From IMG/VR virus record IMGVR_UViG_3300049489_000707, positions 86,726 to 150,725 of that record: 64,000 nt of DNA, one strand, 5' to 3'. Below the pieces are notes generated by a model that was not told the DNA's origin, searched no databases, and saw only the letters and a program-made list of their open reading frames with translations. The stretch comes from a virus. Each line of letters begins with the position of its first letter. Position 1 is the stretch's first letter. Made by a program: the position numbers and the translations under genes. This document shows positions 39,969 through 48,143 of this stretch, in pieces.

Positions 39969-40487
39969 TTACAGCCTCACGATGAAGTACTTGGACAAGA
40001 GCCCCAGCGAGTACTCCGCTGTGACGTTCCAGGTGAAGCGCAAGCCGGTGTTGTAAGCGCTGGGGCTGACCGCCGCCGCATTCGAGGCGTTGGCGGCGCT
40101 GTCGTAGGCTCGAACCCGAGCGGTCTGCAGGTTGCCGTCCACGTCGTAGGTCTGCTGGTCGACGACCGTGTTCTCGTGGTCAAGGCCCAGGTTTTTCAGG
40201 ATGTTGGTGCGGAAGCTGTTGACGTCCAAGGCCTCGCCCTGGTGTTCGTAGCCTGCATCGACCGTGTGGCCGGCGTCGAAGTACAGCTGGTAGACAACGC
40301 TGAAGTAGCCTTCCGCGCTGGGGGTGTACTGAACCTGGTAGACACCTTCGGCTGCATGTGCGAGACTGAGGGTACTGACGAGACCGCCTGCACTGTTGTA
40401 AACGCGAGCTTGCCCATACAGGTCCGTCCTACCATCGGACGCCAGCATGGACAGCGTAACTGCTTCGTTTACAGTCGCCAGGAGCAT
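39969..40487 (-). CDS. Putative virion protein (172 aa)
   Basis: Beta-rich composition; late cluster. Confidence 0.5.
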   Translation of the reverse strand: MLLATVNEAVTLSMLASDGRTDLYGQARVYNSAGGLVSTLSLAHAAEGVYQVQYTPSAEGYFSVVYQLYFDAGHTVDAGYEHQGEALDVNSFRTNILKNLGLDHENTVVDQQTYDVDGNLQTARVRAYDSAANASNAAAVSPSAYNTGLRFTWNVTAEYSLGLLSKYFIVRL

Positions 40488-40496
40488 AGCTACAGT

Positions 40497-40982
40497 TTAC
40501 TCCTGGTTCAGGCGGTACTCGACAAGGAAGTCCCACAGGTCTTGCGGGGTGACTGCGGTTGGATCCAACTTATCAGCTCCCTTGATGCCAGCCTCCTGGA
40601 GAGCAAGCGTTACAAGCTCAGAACAAATCACAGTCTTTGAGCTATCCCATGGGTTTTTCCACTTTTGCTTGAACCACCTGCCAATCACCGGGAAGATGCC
40701 ACCCAAGAGCCCCGGGTAGTCGTAACCCTCGCCAAGGTACTGCATGACCTTCACCAGGCCCTCGTCGGTCAGTTCGGGCAGTGGGTCGAGAGCCTTGATG
40801 ATGCTGCGCTTCTGGTACCTGCTCATGGGCATCATGACGACCCCCTGAGCCTCTGCCCCGATGTACCAATCGGTACCGTGCAATTCCGTAACAAGGAATG
40901 CGTGGCTGACTTTCGCTTTGGTAATCCATCGAAGGAGTCGTGAGAAAAATCCATTCGTAGTGCTGAAGCCGACGTAGGTCAT
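40497..40982 (-). CDS. Permuted papain-like (YaeF/YiiX, NlpC/P60 superfamily) protein (161 aa)
   Basis: His first (VSHAFL), EAQGV, GYDY, then Cys (ICSELV). Confidence 0.75.
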   Translation of the reverse strand: MTYVGFSTTNGFFSRLLRWITKAKVSHAFLVTELHGTDWYIGAEAQGVVMMPMSRYQKRSIIKALDPLPELTDEGLVKVMQYLGEGYDYPGLLGGIFPVIGRWFKQKWKNPWDSSKTVICSELVTLALQEAGIKGADKLDPTAVTPQDLWDFLVEYRLNQE

Positions 40983-41836
40983 TAGAGGTCCTCGCTGAGA
41001 CAGTAGAAGGTCGCGGTCGCGTACCATCCGCCAAATGGGGTGTCGTGCTGGAGTTTGAGACGGACCTCCATGCCCGCGTCCGCCCTTAAGACGGTGGCGC
41101 TGACGTAGTCCCAGTCGAGTACTACGATGGGTTGGGGGCTACCACGCCAGCCGTTCCCGCCCAGGGCTGGGTAGCTGGGGTAGGACTTGACGGCGTCGTT
41201 CTGGAAGTCGGTCATCGACTTGTAGACGACCGGGTTGGCCAAGGGAATCTTCGTCCCACTGGGGATACCGGGCATGAGCTGAGGAGCGAAGACGTCCACC
41301 AGGCCGTAGGGCTGGAAAGTGACTGAGTCGGTAATCTGTACGTCACCGCTGAACTGCACCTCAGCGAACTCAAGCCGCAAGGCTTTGCCGGCATCAGGCT
41401 TGACGGTGAACTGGCTGCCGTTCTCGTAGTGGTAGGTGACCTTGACAACATCGGCGGGGTCGAGGGCGGACAGGAAGACGATCTTCCCCGTGTTGTAGTT
41501 CACAGTAAAGTCCCCACCGCTGGCGTAGTGCGGGTCTTGCTCCGTCTTCGCGACGTCGTTGACCTTCACTGCCACCCGGTAGCTGAAGCCTCCAGGCGAC
41601 AGGAGGAAGTCTTCCTGACTGCACTTGCCGTGATAGGTGTCGATGACGTTGTCGTGGGCGAGGGAGTAGCTCAGGTGGTCGCCGTCGTCGGTGGCGACCT
41701 CATCCACAACACGAACGCTCTGCTCCACCCAGGTGGTTGGGTCAGTCCAGTCGTGGCTGATGATGGTCTTCTTGGACACATCGGACTTCTCGAAGGCGTA
41801 GCGAGGACGGCCATCTGATGTTTTAGGAACGGCCAT
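40982..41836 (-). CDS. Putative virion protein (284 aa)
   Basis: Coupled in late fibre cluster. Confidence 0.5.
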   Translation of the reverse strand: MAVPKTSDGRPRYAFEKSDVSKKTIISHDWTDPTTWVEQSVRVVDEVATDDGDHLSYSLAHDNVIDTYHGKCSQEDFLLSPGGFSYRVAVKVNDVAKTEQDPHYASGGDFTVNYNTGKIVFLSALDPADVVKVTYHYENGSQFTVKPDAGKALRLEFAEVQFSGDVQITDSVTFQPYGLVDVFAPQLMPGIPSGTKIPLANPVVYKSMTDFQNDAVKSYPSYPALGGNGWRGSPQPIVVLDWDYVSATVLRADAGMEVRLKLQHDTPFGGWYATATFYCLSEDL

Positions 41837-41838
41837 GG

Positions 41839-43575
41839 TTACACCTTAGTGAAGACGAAGACCACGTCGATGAGGCCGGCGGTCGAGTTGGTGGCGAACT
41901 TGATATGGAGCCCTTGGCCAGCACGAGCAAAGAATGGCTTTATGAGGGAGTCGCGCTTTGCCCGAGCGGGGAGGTAGTTGGCGATTGCCTGCTGTTGAGA
42001 TTCGACGTCAGCTGTACCAGGACCCCATTCGTCGGTGGAGATACGCATCAGGTCGAGAGGAGTGGCGATTTCACCGGAGACAGTCCCGCCAGTGCGAGCG
42101 TCCATTGAAGCAGGGGTAGCGTCATCGCTGTCATGGGCTACAACAGTCAAGGCTGTACCGCCAGTGGGAGCGCCAGCTGAGACAAAACGATGTAGCTGGA
42201 AGGCAGCCACGACACCGGTGACTGCAGTGGTCGCTGCGTTGCGAATGTAGAACTCTCGGAGCTTCAACACGTAGCCGCTGCCGGTCGGATTGTAGATGCT
42301 CAACATCGACTTGTTGTTGGCGGGTGCTGTCGCTGTAGCCACAACCGTGTAGGTCGCCTCTTCAGAGCTGGTCGACGACGATGTGACCCGGAGGAGACCG
42401 CCAGTATCAACACTGAGAGCGACCTGGTTGCCAGTCGTGTAAGTGGGTGGGGTGGTGGTTGCCACGGCAGGCAGGGTGCCAACGTTGTTCGCGCCAGGCA
42501 CAGCACCGTTGTTTGTCTTGGTCCCTTCTGTGTCCAAGACCAAGGACTGGTCAGAGGCCAAGACCACCGGGATGCTGGCCGCCATCGTCTTCTGGCCAAC
42601 CGTTGGGGTCGTCGAGCCAAGCCACGCCCCTACGTTCGCATCGAGACGGCCACCAACCAGAGCGGCAGGGAGCTTGGTGTCGATGTTGCCGAGGCTGGTG
42701 TTCCCAGTGGTCTGGAGAGCTGAAGTTGCTGCTCCTGCGGGGAGTGGGAGCGAGACGGCTGAGATGGGCTGAGTGGCCGGGAAGTTGGAGACGGAGACGG
42801 AGCCATCGACGGTGAGACTGCCACCACCGTCTGCTACAGGCACCGCAGTCGCACGAAGCTGAGCGTCTGTGAGAGGGCCTGTGACTGCGATGGTCGTACT
42901 GGCACCAACGTTCACGTCCAGGCGACCGCTGACCAAAGCTGCTGGGAGCTGGGTGCTGTCGACCGTCAGAGAGCCTGCGTTGTCGTTGATTGGCAGCACC
43001 GACTGGTTGCTGGCGATGGCGACCGGAACGCTGGAGCCCATGACCGCTTGGCCCAAGGCCGGAGTCTTGGTATTGATTGCGGCCAGGGTGGTTTCGGTGG
43101 CAGCTCCAGTCGGGAGAGGGAGAGAGGCCGCTGAGACCGCGAAGGTGCCTGTACCGGCGTTTGCCGTGACAGTGCCAGAGACGGGGACCGGGGTAGCCCG
43201 GAGCTGGGTATCGGTGAGGGGGCCTGTGACAGCTACAGAGCCGGTGATGGTGGTGCTTGCCAGCGAGACGGGTACTGCTGAGGCTCTCAGCTGGACGTCC
43301 GTGAGGGGGCCAGAGACCGCCACGGTTGCTGCGATGGAAACAGGCTGGGTAGCCTGCCAAAAGGTCCCAGAAACCGGCTGGGTGACCGCAGAGCCATCCA
43401 CAATCACCACGCCGGTGCTGGAGACCTTGATGTAACGAGTGTTGGTGCCGTCGGAGCCCAGGGCCATGAAGCCAGGCTGACCAGTGGGCACGGCGATTCC
43501 GGCCCTGATGGAGGTCTCGATGTAGCTGGACCCGTCGGAGCCGTAGATGAGGGCAATGGGAGATTCAGCAGCCAT
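41839..43575 (-). CDS. Repeat-containing fibre-like virion protein (578 aa)
   Basis: Ala/Val/Thr/Gly/Ser-rich; GPLTDxQLRA x3, LPLPxGAAT x2, PAALVxGRLD x2. Confidence 0.65.
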   Translation of the reverse strand: MAAESPIALIYGSDGSSYIETSIRAGIAVPTGQPGFMALGSDGTNTRYIKVSSTGVVIVDGSAVTQPVSGTFWQATQPVSIAATVAVSGPLTDVQLRASAVPVSLASTTITGSVAVTGPLTDTQLRATPVPVSGTVTANAGTGTFAVSAASLPLPTGAATETTLAAINTKTPALGQAVMGSSVPVAIASNQSVLPINDNAGSLTVDSTQLPAALVSGRLDVNVGASTTIAVTGPLTDAQLRATAVPVADGGGSLTVDGSVSVSNFPATQPISAVSLPLPAGAATSALQTTGNTSLGNIDTKLPAALVGGRLDANVGAWLGSTTPTVGQKTMAASIPVVLASDQSLVLDTEGTKTNNGAVPGANNVGTLPAVATTTPPTYTTGNQVALSVDTGGLLRVTSSSTSSEEATYTVVATATAPANNKSMLSIYNPTGSGYVLKLREFYIRNAATTAVTGVVAAFQLHRFVSAGAPTGGTALTVVAHDSDDATPASMDARTGGTVSGEIATPLDLMRISTDEWGPGTADVESQQQAIANYLPARAKRDSLIKPFFARAGQGLHIKFATNSTAGLIDVVFVFTKV

Positions 43576-44120
43576 TAGGCGATCGTCCTCGTGCGGTCGG
43601 ACTCGAAGATGCCCGAGTACGTGATGGCGTCGGTTACCGTAGCGAGTACGGTTGAGCCGTCGGTGTCATACATCTTCCATTGTACCGTAGTGGCCAGGAC
43701 GCCCGTGTAGGTGATGAGTTTCTCAACGATTTTGTGGGTCTTGCCGGAGGTGGTCCACCAGGTGACAGACGTCACGAAGGGGTTGGCTGAGGGCAGGTTC
43801 TCTCGAAAGGCCCCGGAGGCGAATCCGTTGGTGGGACCATTGTCGATGAAGTGGATCAACTGGCGCAGGGCTCGATGCTGGGCTTCGCTGATGCCACCGC
43901 CACCGGTGCTAAGCTGAGTCAGCGTGTAGGGCCCTGTAAGCCCGTCCTTCAGAGTCAGGTTTCCGCTTGCGTCTCGGGTGATTACAACGTTCGTGTCATT
44001 GCTGGAATCGTCCTGGACGTACACGCCACGAGCGTTCACCGCATCCACGTTTGGATCGAAATCTTCCTCGTAGCCCTCGACGGGGTCGTTTTTGAGTGGG
44101 TTCGTCTTGGTGATGGCCAT
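43575..44120 (-). CDS. Putative virion protein (181 aa)
   Basis: Late motif and GAGG SD; coupled to fibre gene. Confidence 0.55.
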   Translation of the reverse strand: MAITKTNPLKNDPVEGYEEDFDPNVDAVNARGVYVQDDSSNDTNVVITRDASGNLTLKDGLTGPYTLTQLSTGGGGISEAQHRALRQLIHFIDNGPTNGFASGAFRENLPSANPFVTSVTWWTTSGKTHKIVEKLITYTGVLATTVQWKMYDTDGSTVLATVTDAITYSGIFESDRTRTIA

Positions 44121-44137
44121 GGCTCTGCCTCAGAGGT

Positions 44138-44144
44138 AAGATTG
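44138..44144 (-). promoter_or_regulatory. Late promoter motif CAATCTT
   Basis: Just after a terminator, 17 nt before ATG 44120. Confidence 0.75.
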
Positions 44145-44152
44145 CGACCAAG

Positions 44153-44188
44153 AAAAGCAAAAGGCCCCGGGAGGAAATCCCGAGGCCT
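44153..44188 (-). terminator. Intrinsic terminator
   Basis: AGGCCTCGGGA-TTTCC-TCCCGGGGCCT followed by TTTGCTTTT. Confidence 0.8.
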
Positions 44189-44215
44189 TCTTGAACCGAG
44201 CCCGAGGGCTACAGG

Positions 44216-45559
44216 TTAGGCTTTCTTGCCGTAGTCGTGGACCCGAACTTCGAGGTCCGTCGCGTTCTTGGCGAAGCCGAGGCGGATGGTACGGTCACCA
44301 CCGCCCAGGGCGGCGTAGAGCACCGGAGCGCCACCTGCGCCGAGGTAGTAGGGCACGTTCGCCGTTGCACCCGACAGGGCGCCTGCGACCACACCCATGG
44401 TCACAACCTCAACCGGGTTCGGGGAGGTCACAGTCTCGCGTGCCACACCGATGATGCGGGCCTGGGCGTCCACAGAGGGTGCGCCAGGAGCCACAGTGTT
44501 GTTGCCCGAGATGTACACGCCATCGCCGAGGTCGGTGTTGGCCGAGGTGGTCCAGATCTGCACGCTGTTGCTGTGGAAGTGCAGTGCCGAGGCGTCGCTG
44601 TCTGCACCAGCGGTCAACGTGTTCAGGTTGGCTGCCGAGACATTGGCAGTGGTGGCCACATCGTTCACCAAGAACGCCGAGGGAAGCCCAACGACCTTAA
44701 GGCCGTCAGCGTCCACATCGAGAGTGTTCGGGGTGTCGTCGATTTCCAGAGCGAGACCGGCCGCGAGGCGCTGAATGCCGCCTGCAGGATCGACCTTCGC
44801 GCGGAGCTGACCAGCGTCGCCCGAGGTGTCGAACTCAAGGCCCGAAGAGCCGCCGCCGTTGCCAGCGCCCTGGGCGTCAGCGTCGGTGTCCAGCTCAACG
44901 TGCAGAGTGTTGCCGCTCTTCACGATACCGGAGCCGGCCACGATTGCGCCAGTACCAGTGAACTGAGTGAACACGAGGTTGGTCGTATCAACAGTGATGG
45001 GGTCGTTGGTGGTGAGCACCCAGCCAGTATCGCTGTTCGCGGTACCTTCTGCGATGAACACTGCCACGCCAGCAGTGACTTCGGCGTTCTCGTCGCAGTC
45101 AGTCGCGCGGGTCAGCACGAAGGGAGAGCCGCCGGAGCCGAGGTCGGTGACCACGTAGATGCCGTTGTCGTCCTGGGCTGCCTGGTCCTTGACAAGGACT
45201 CGGTTGCCGTTGGCGACAGCCACGCCGTCGACAGTCAGTGCGCCGTTGGCGTCTGCGGTCAGGGTCTTGCCGATGCCGGTGCCGGCTGCGGTCACAGCTG
45301 GGAGAGCTGCGGCAGTAGCGAGGCGCACCGACTGCTTCCAGTCGAGACCTGCTGCGTACGCCTGAACATAGTCCCGGTTGACGGCGTCAGTGCCGGCAGT
45401 GGGAGCCGCGACGCCAACAATCCGCTGCGAGCTTGCGTCGAATGCAACGCCAGAAACGCCTACTGCGGTAACCTTACCGAGCGACAGCTCGTCAGTTGCC
45501 GCCTGCTCCTCGGTGTAGCCCTCGGTGGCGTTGAGAAAAGTGAACTTACGAAGTGCCAT
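44216..45559 (-). CDS. Head/tail fibre or decoration protein (447 aa)
   Basis: DWKQSVRLAT...LTVDG...NRVLVKDQ...NGIYVV...LTRATD module common in phage fibres. Confidence 0.7.
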   Translation of the reverse strand: MALRKFTFLNATEGYTEEQAATDELSLGKVTAVGVSGVAFDASSQRIVGVAAPTAGTDAVNRDYVQAYAAGLDWKQSVRLATAAALPAVTAAGTGIGKTLTADANGALTVDGVAVANGNRVLVKDQAAQDDNGIYVVTDLGSGGSPFVLTRATDCDENAEVTAGVAVFIAEGTANSDTGWVLTTNDPITVDTTNLVFTQFTGTGAIVAGSGIVKSGNTLHVELDTDADAQGAGNGGGSSGLEFDTSGDAGQLRAKVDPAGGIQRLAAGLALEIDDTPNTLDVDADGLKVVGLPSAFLVNDVATTANVSAANLNTLTAGADSDASALHFHSNSVQIWTTSANTDLGDGVYISGNNTVAPGAPSVDAQARIIGVARETVTSPNPVEVVTMGVVAGALSGATANVPYYLGAGGAPVLYAALGGGDRTIRLGFAKNATDLEVRVHDYGKKA

Positions 45560-45609
45560 GGGCTAGTCTCCAGGAAAAGAAAGGATGAAGTTGAGAACTT
45601 TCTACCCTG

Positions 45610-45616
45610 AAGATTA
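45610..45616 (-). promoter_or_regulatory. Late promoter motif TAATCTT
   Basis: Intergenic, 50 nt before ATG 45559. Confidence 0.7.
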
Positions 45617-45637
45617 GGAGCCCATGGGACCGAAAAA

Positions 45638-46461
45638 TCAGTCCAGTTTGGTCAGTTGGCCATTCTGGTCGTCGTAGGCGTACTCTTTGAGGAGAATCTT
45701 GAGGCGCTCCTCGATATCCTTGACAACCTTGGCGTATTCAGCCTTGGCTACCGCTGCCTCGTCGGTACGACCACGAATCAGCGCCATCATCTGCTGAAGC
45801 TTGCCCTCGGGGTCGACCTGCTTCAGGAACTGATCTCTCTTGATCATCTCCAGTCTCTGTTCAGCCTCAAAGGCTCGGGCCTGGAACTGGCTCAGCTGGA
45901 GGCGGTGCAGCTCGTCCTTGGTGAGGGCGAGAGGTGCTGGCTCCTGGGGCTCAAGCGCCTGTTTCTCCAGCTCTTTCTCGAAATCGGTGCGGAGGTCGAC
46001 GACTTCGCCGACGATTGGATCTGCGGGATTGAACTTCTTCTTGATCTTTCGTGCCATTATCCTACCCTGGTTTTGAGGTCTTTCTCGAACTCCAACTTGA
46101 TTCTAGCAGAATCGACAGCTACTCCGATGCTTTGCCAGTACTTGCGCTGTCCGCTGGTCACGGTTGGAGGCGTGATGGTGGGAACCCCCGAGTCCGACAC
46201 CCAATAGTTGCGTCCTGGAGTCAAACCACTGTAAAGACTGGTCTCCCCCTGAAACTGGATGACCGCCCTGGTGGCGCTGATTTTGAAAACCACAACAGCC
46301 ACGGCAGGCATCTTGCTGAAGTCGGTGACGTCCGCCTTCCTGACCGTGTAGTCTGCTCCAACCTTGGCCCCGCTGATGTACACGAGGTCGCCAACAGCCT
46401 CACCAGCGGTGCAACCTGCGGTGGCTATGGTGCCTTCAGACCTGGGTCTGGTGACGATCAT
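45638..46461 (-). CDS. Two late ORFs (45638-46057 coiled coil; 46057-46461 capsid-fibre-like beta protein)
   Basis: Coupled; late motif at 46512. Confidence 0.55.
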
Positions 46462-46511
46462 CTATGACTCCAGGGGTTTGGTGGTACAATCATCTGAGCA
46501 GCCCCAGTCAG

Positions 46512-46518
46512 AAGATTA
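46512..46518 (-). promoter_or_regulatory. Late promoter motif TAATCTT
   Basis: Intergenic, 50 nt before ATG 46461. Confidence 0.7.
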
Positions 46519-46533
46519 CCACAGGCTTACCCA

Positions 46534-46836
46534 ATGAATGAAACCGCACGCAATGCGAACCGAATCATCCTGAAGTTCGTCACCGACAAAGACGCCAAGC
46601 TCCGCTATGGTGCCAGACTTCGAGCGATGATGCAAGAGGCGATCAGCCGGGGTGAGGAACCCAAAGGCTACCGCGTGGACTGGATTCTCAAGACGGTCAC
46701 TGAGATGTTTGCGTGGCTGGCAACAAAAGCTGCTGAGTTCAACGCAGCGCATCCACAGGACGCTATCAGCGCAGACGACTTCTCGGACGTTCTCTCTACC
46801 GCTCAGATGCGAATCAAAAACCGCCGACAACGCTGA
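46534..46836 (+). CDS. Lone plus-strand hypothetical (100 aa)
   Basis: Open frame between late genes with reasonable codon use. Confidence 0.55.
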   Translation: MNETARNANRIILKFVTDKDAKLRYGARLRAMMQEAISRGEEPKGYRVDWILKTVTEMFAWLATKAAEFNAAHPQDAISADDFSDVLSTAQMRIKNRRQR

Positions 46837-47641
46837 TGAGAATCTGGTCCCTGATGCGAGTCTCGAACTCCTTGAGGGCCCAGTCGGCCGCCTCGTCCAA
46901 GAACTTCTTCGCCTCCAAGCCCGGGTGAACCCAGCGCCCCTGCCCCTTCATCTTTGATGACGCGATGCGAAAAGTCATGATGGACTTCTTCACTGACTCT
47001 TTGCCCTTGGCGTCCTTCACGTTGCTCTGGTAGACTCGTACCCCCTGAAGATGTGGGATGCCTGTCGCCCCTTGCTTGACTGCGCCGATCGGCCCGTGGC
47101 CAGACCCAGCGCCTGGTGCGGTCTTCACAGGCTGCTTCATGATGTCGAAGGAGTGCAGGAGCCCCGTCTTGGGCTTGCCATCGGCCCCCATCTCCAGCTT
47201 CCCGTAAGGAATCTTCCTCTTCTTCATCTCCGACTTGATGGTGTTGGTCAGAGTGTTCTGCGCTGGGGTTTGCTGGGTAGCGCCTTTCTTGTGTTCGAAG
47301 GGCACCACGATGTAGCGGGAGCCGTCCTTCGCAGTCTTGGCCTTGGGGGATTTGAGGAGGCCGTCGAGCATGTCCATGTTGGGCTTGATGCCCTCCTCAA
47401 TGAACATGGCGTCCTTGCCCAGCTCAATGACCCACGTGTCAGCATCGACCTGCTTGAAGCTCAGGGCGTTGATGTATTTCTCGCGGGTGCTGTGGAGCTT
47501 GGCCTGAACCTCTTCGAGGATGTGCGCGTGGGTCTGGGCAGTCAGGTCCCTGGCCGCGTCGCTCATGGCCTTGTGGACTGACTTGTCGAAGCCCTTGACC
47601 ATCGCGATGATGGGTCCCAAATCTAGGTTGAAATAGATGAT
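46814..47641 (-). CDS. Virion morphogenesis/neck-type protein; start codon uncertain
   Basis: QAKLHSTREKY...IEEG...MLDGLL...WVHPG; best SD (GGAGG) precedes ATC at 47641; first ATG is 47602. Confidence 0.6.
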   Translation of the reverse strand: MIYFNLDLGPIIAMVKGFDKSVHKAMSDAARDLTAQTHAHILEEVQAKLHSTREKYINALSFKQVDADTWVIELGKDAMFIEEGIKPNMDMLDGLLKSPKAKTAKDGSRYIVVPFEHKKGATQQTPAQNTLTNTIKSEMKKRKIPYGKLEMGADGKPKTGLLHSFDIMKQPVKTAPGAGSGHGPIGAVKQGATGIPHLQGVRVYQSNVKDAKGKESVKKSIMTFRIASSKMKGQGRWVHPGLEAKKFLDEAADWALKEFETRIRDQILISVVGGF

Positions 47642-48123
47642 GACAGCCTCCGTTGAGCCGTTCTGACTCGATGGCAATTTGAGCAGACAAGCTCGCACTT
47701 CTTCAGCTCTTCCAGGAGCACTTCCATTCTGTAGCCGCGATCAACAAGTACGCAGATGCCGGCACGCTTTGTTCCTCGAACATGATCGAAGTCCATGGCC
47801 ACTGCAGGGAACCTCCCGTGACAGTCGGTACAGGCCCCCGCTTTGAGTCCGTCCACAAAACGACGTTTCATGGCTTTCAACTCAGATAGGCGGGCCTTGA
47901 TTAGCTCTCGCTTTTCCTTACGGTACTGAGCAGCCAACTTCAGACGCTCTTGTCGAGAACCAAGATAAGTCTTACGGCTGATCTCTTTGGATCTTTCTGG
48001 ATTCTTTTGAACCCACTCATCGTGCTTTGCAGTAGAACAGGCCCGACAGTAGGAGTAGCCAGACGGCCTCGATGGCGTGGCTGGTAGGGCGGGCTCTTTC
48101 TGGCATTTTACGCAAATCTTCAT
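47623..48123 (-). CDS. HNH homing endonuclease (166 aa)
   Basis: N-terminal CVKC...CRAC; CTDCH, MDFDHV, CELVCSNCHRVRT; start at ATG 48123, 6 nt after late motif. Confidence 0.9.
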   Translation of the reverse strand: MKICVKCQKEPALPATPSRPSGYSYCRACSTAKHDEWVQKNPERSKEISRKTYLGSRQERLKLAAQYRKEKRELIKARLSELKAMKRRFVDGLKAGACTDCHGRFPAVAMDFDHVRGTKRAGICVLVDRGYRMEVLLEELKKCELVCSNCHRVRTAQRRLSSSIST

Positions 48124-48129
48124 GCCAGT

Positions 48130-48136
48130 AAGATTA
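48130..48136 (-). promoter_or_regulatory. Late promoter motif TAATCTT
   Basis: 6 nt before HNH ATG. Confidence 0.75.
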
Positions 48137-48143
48137 AGACAGA

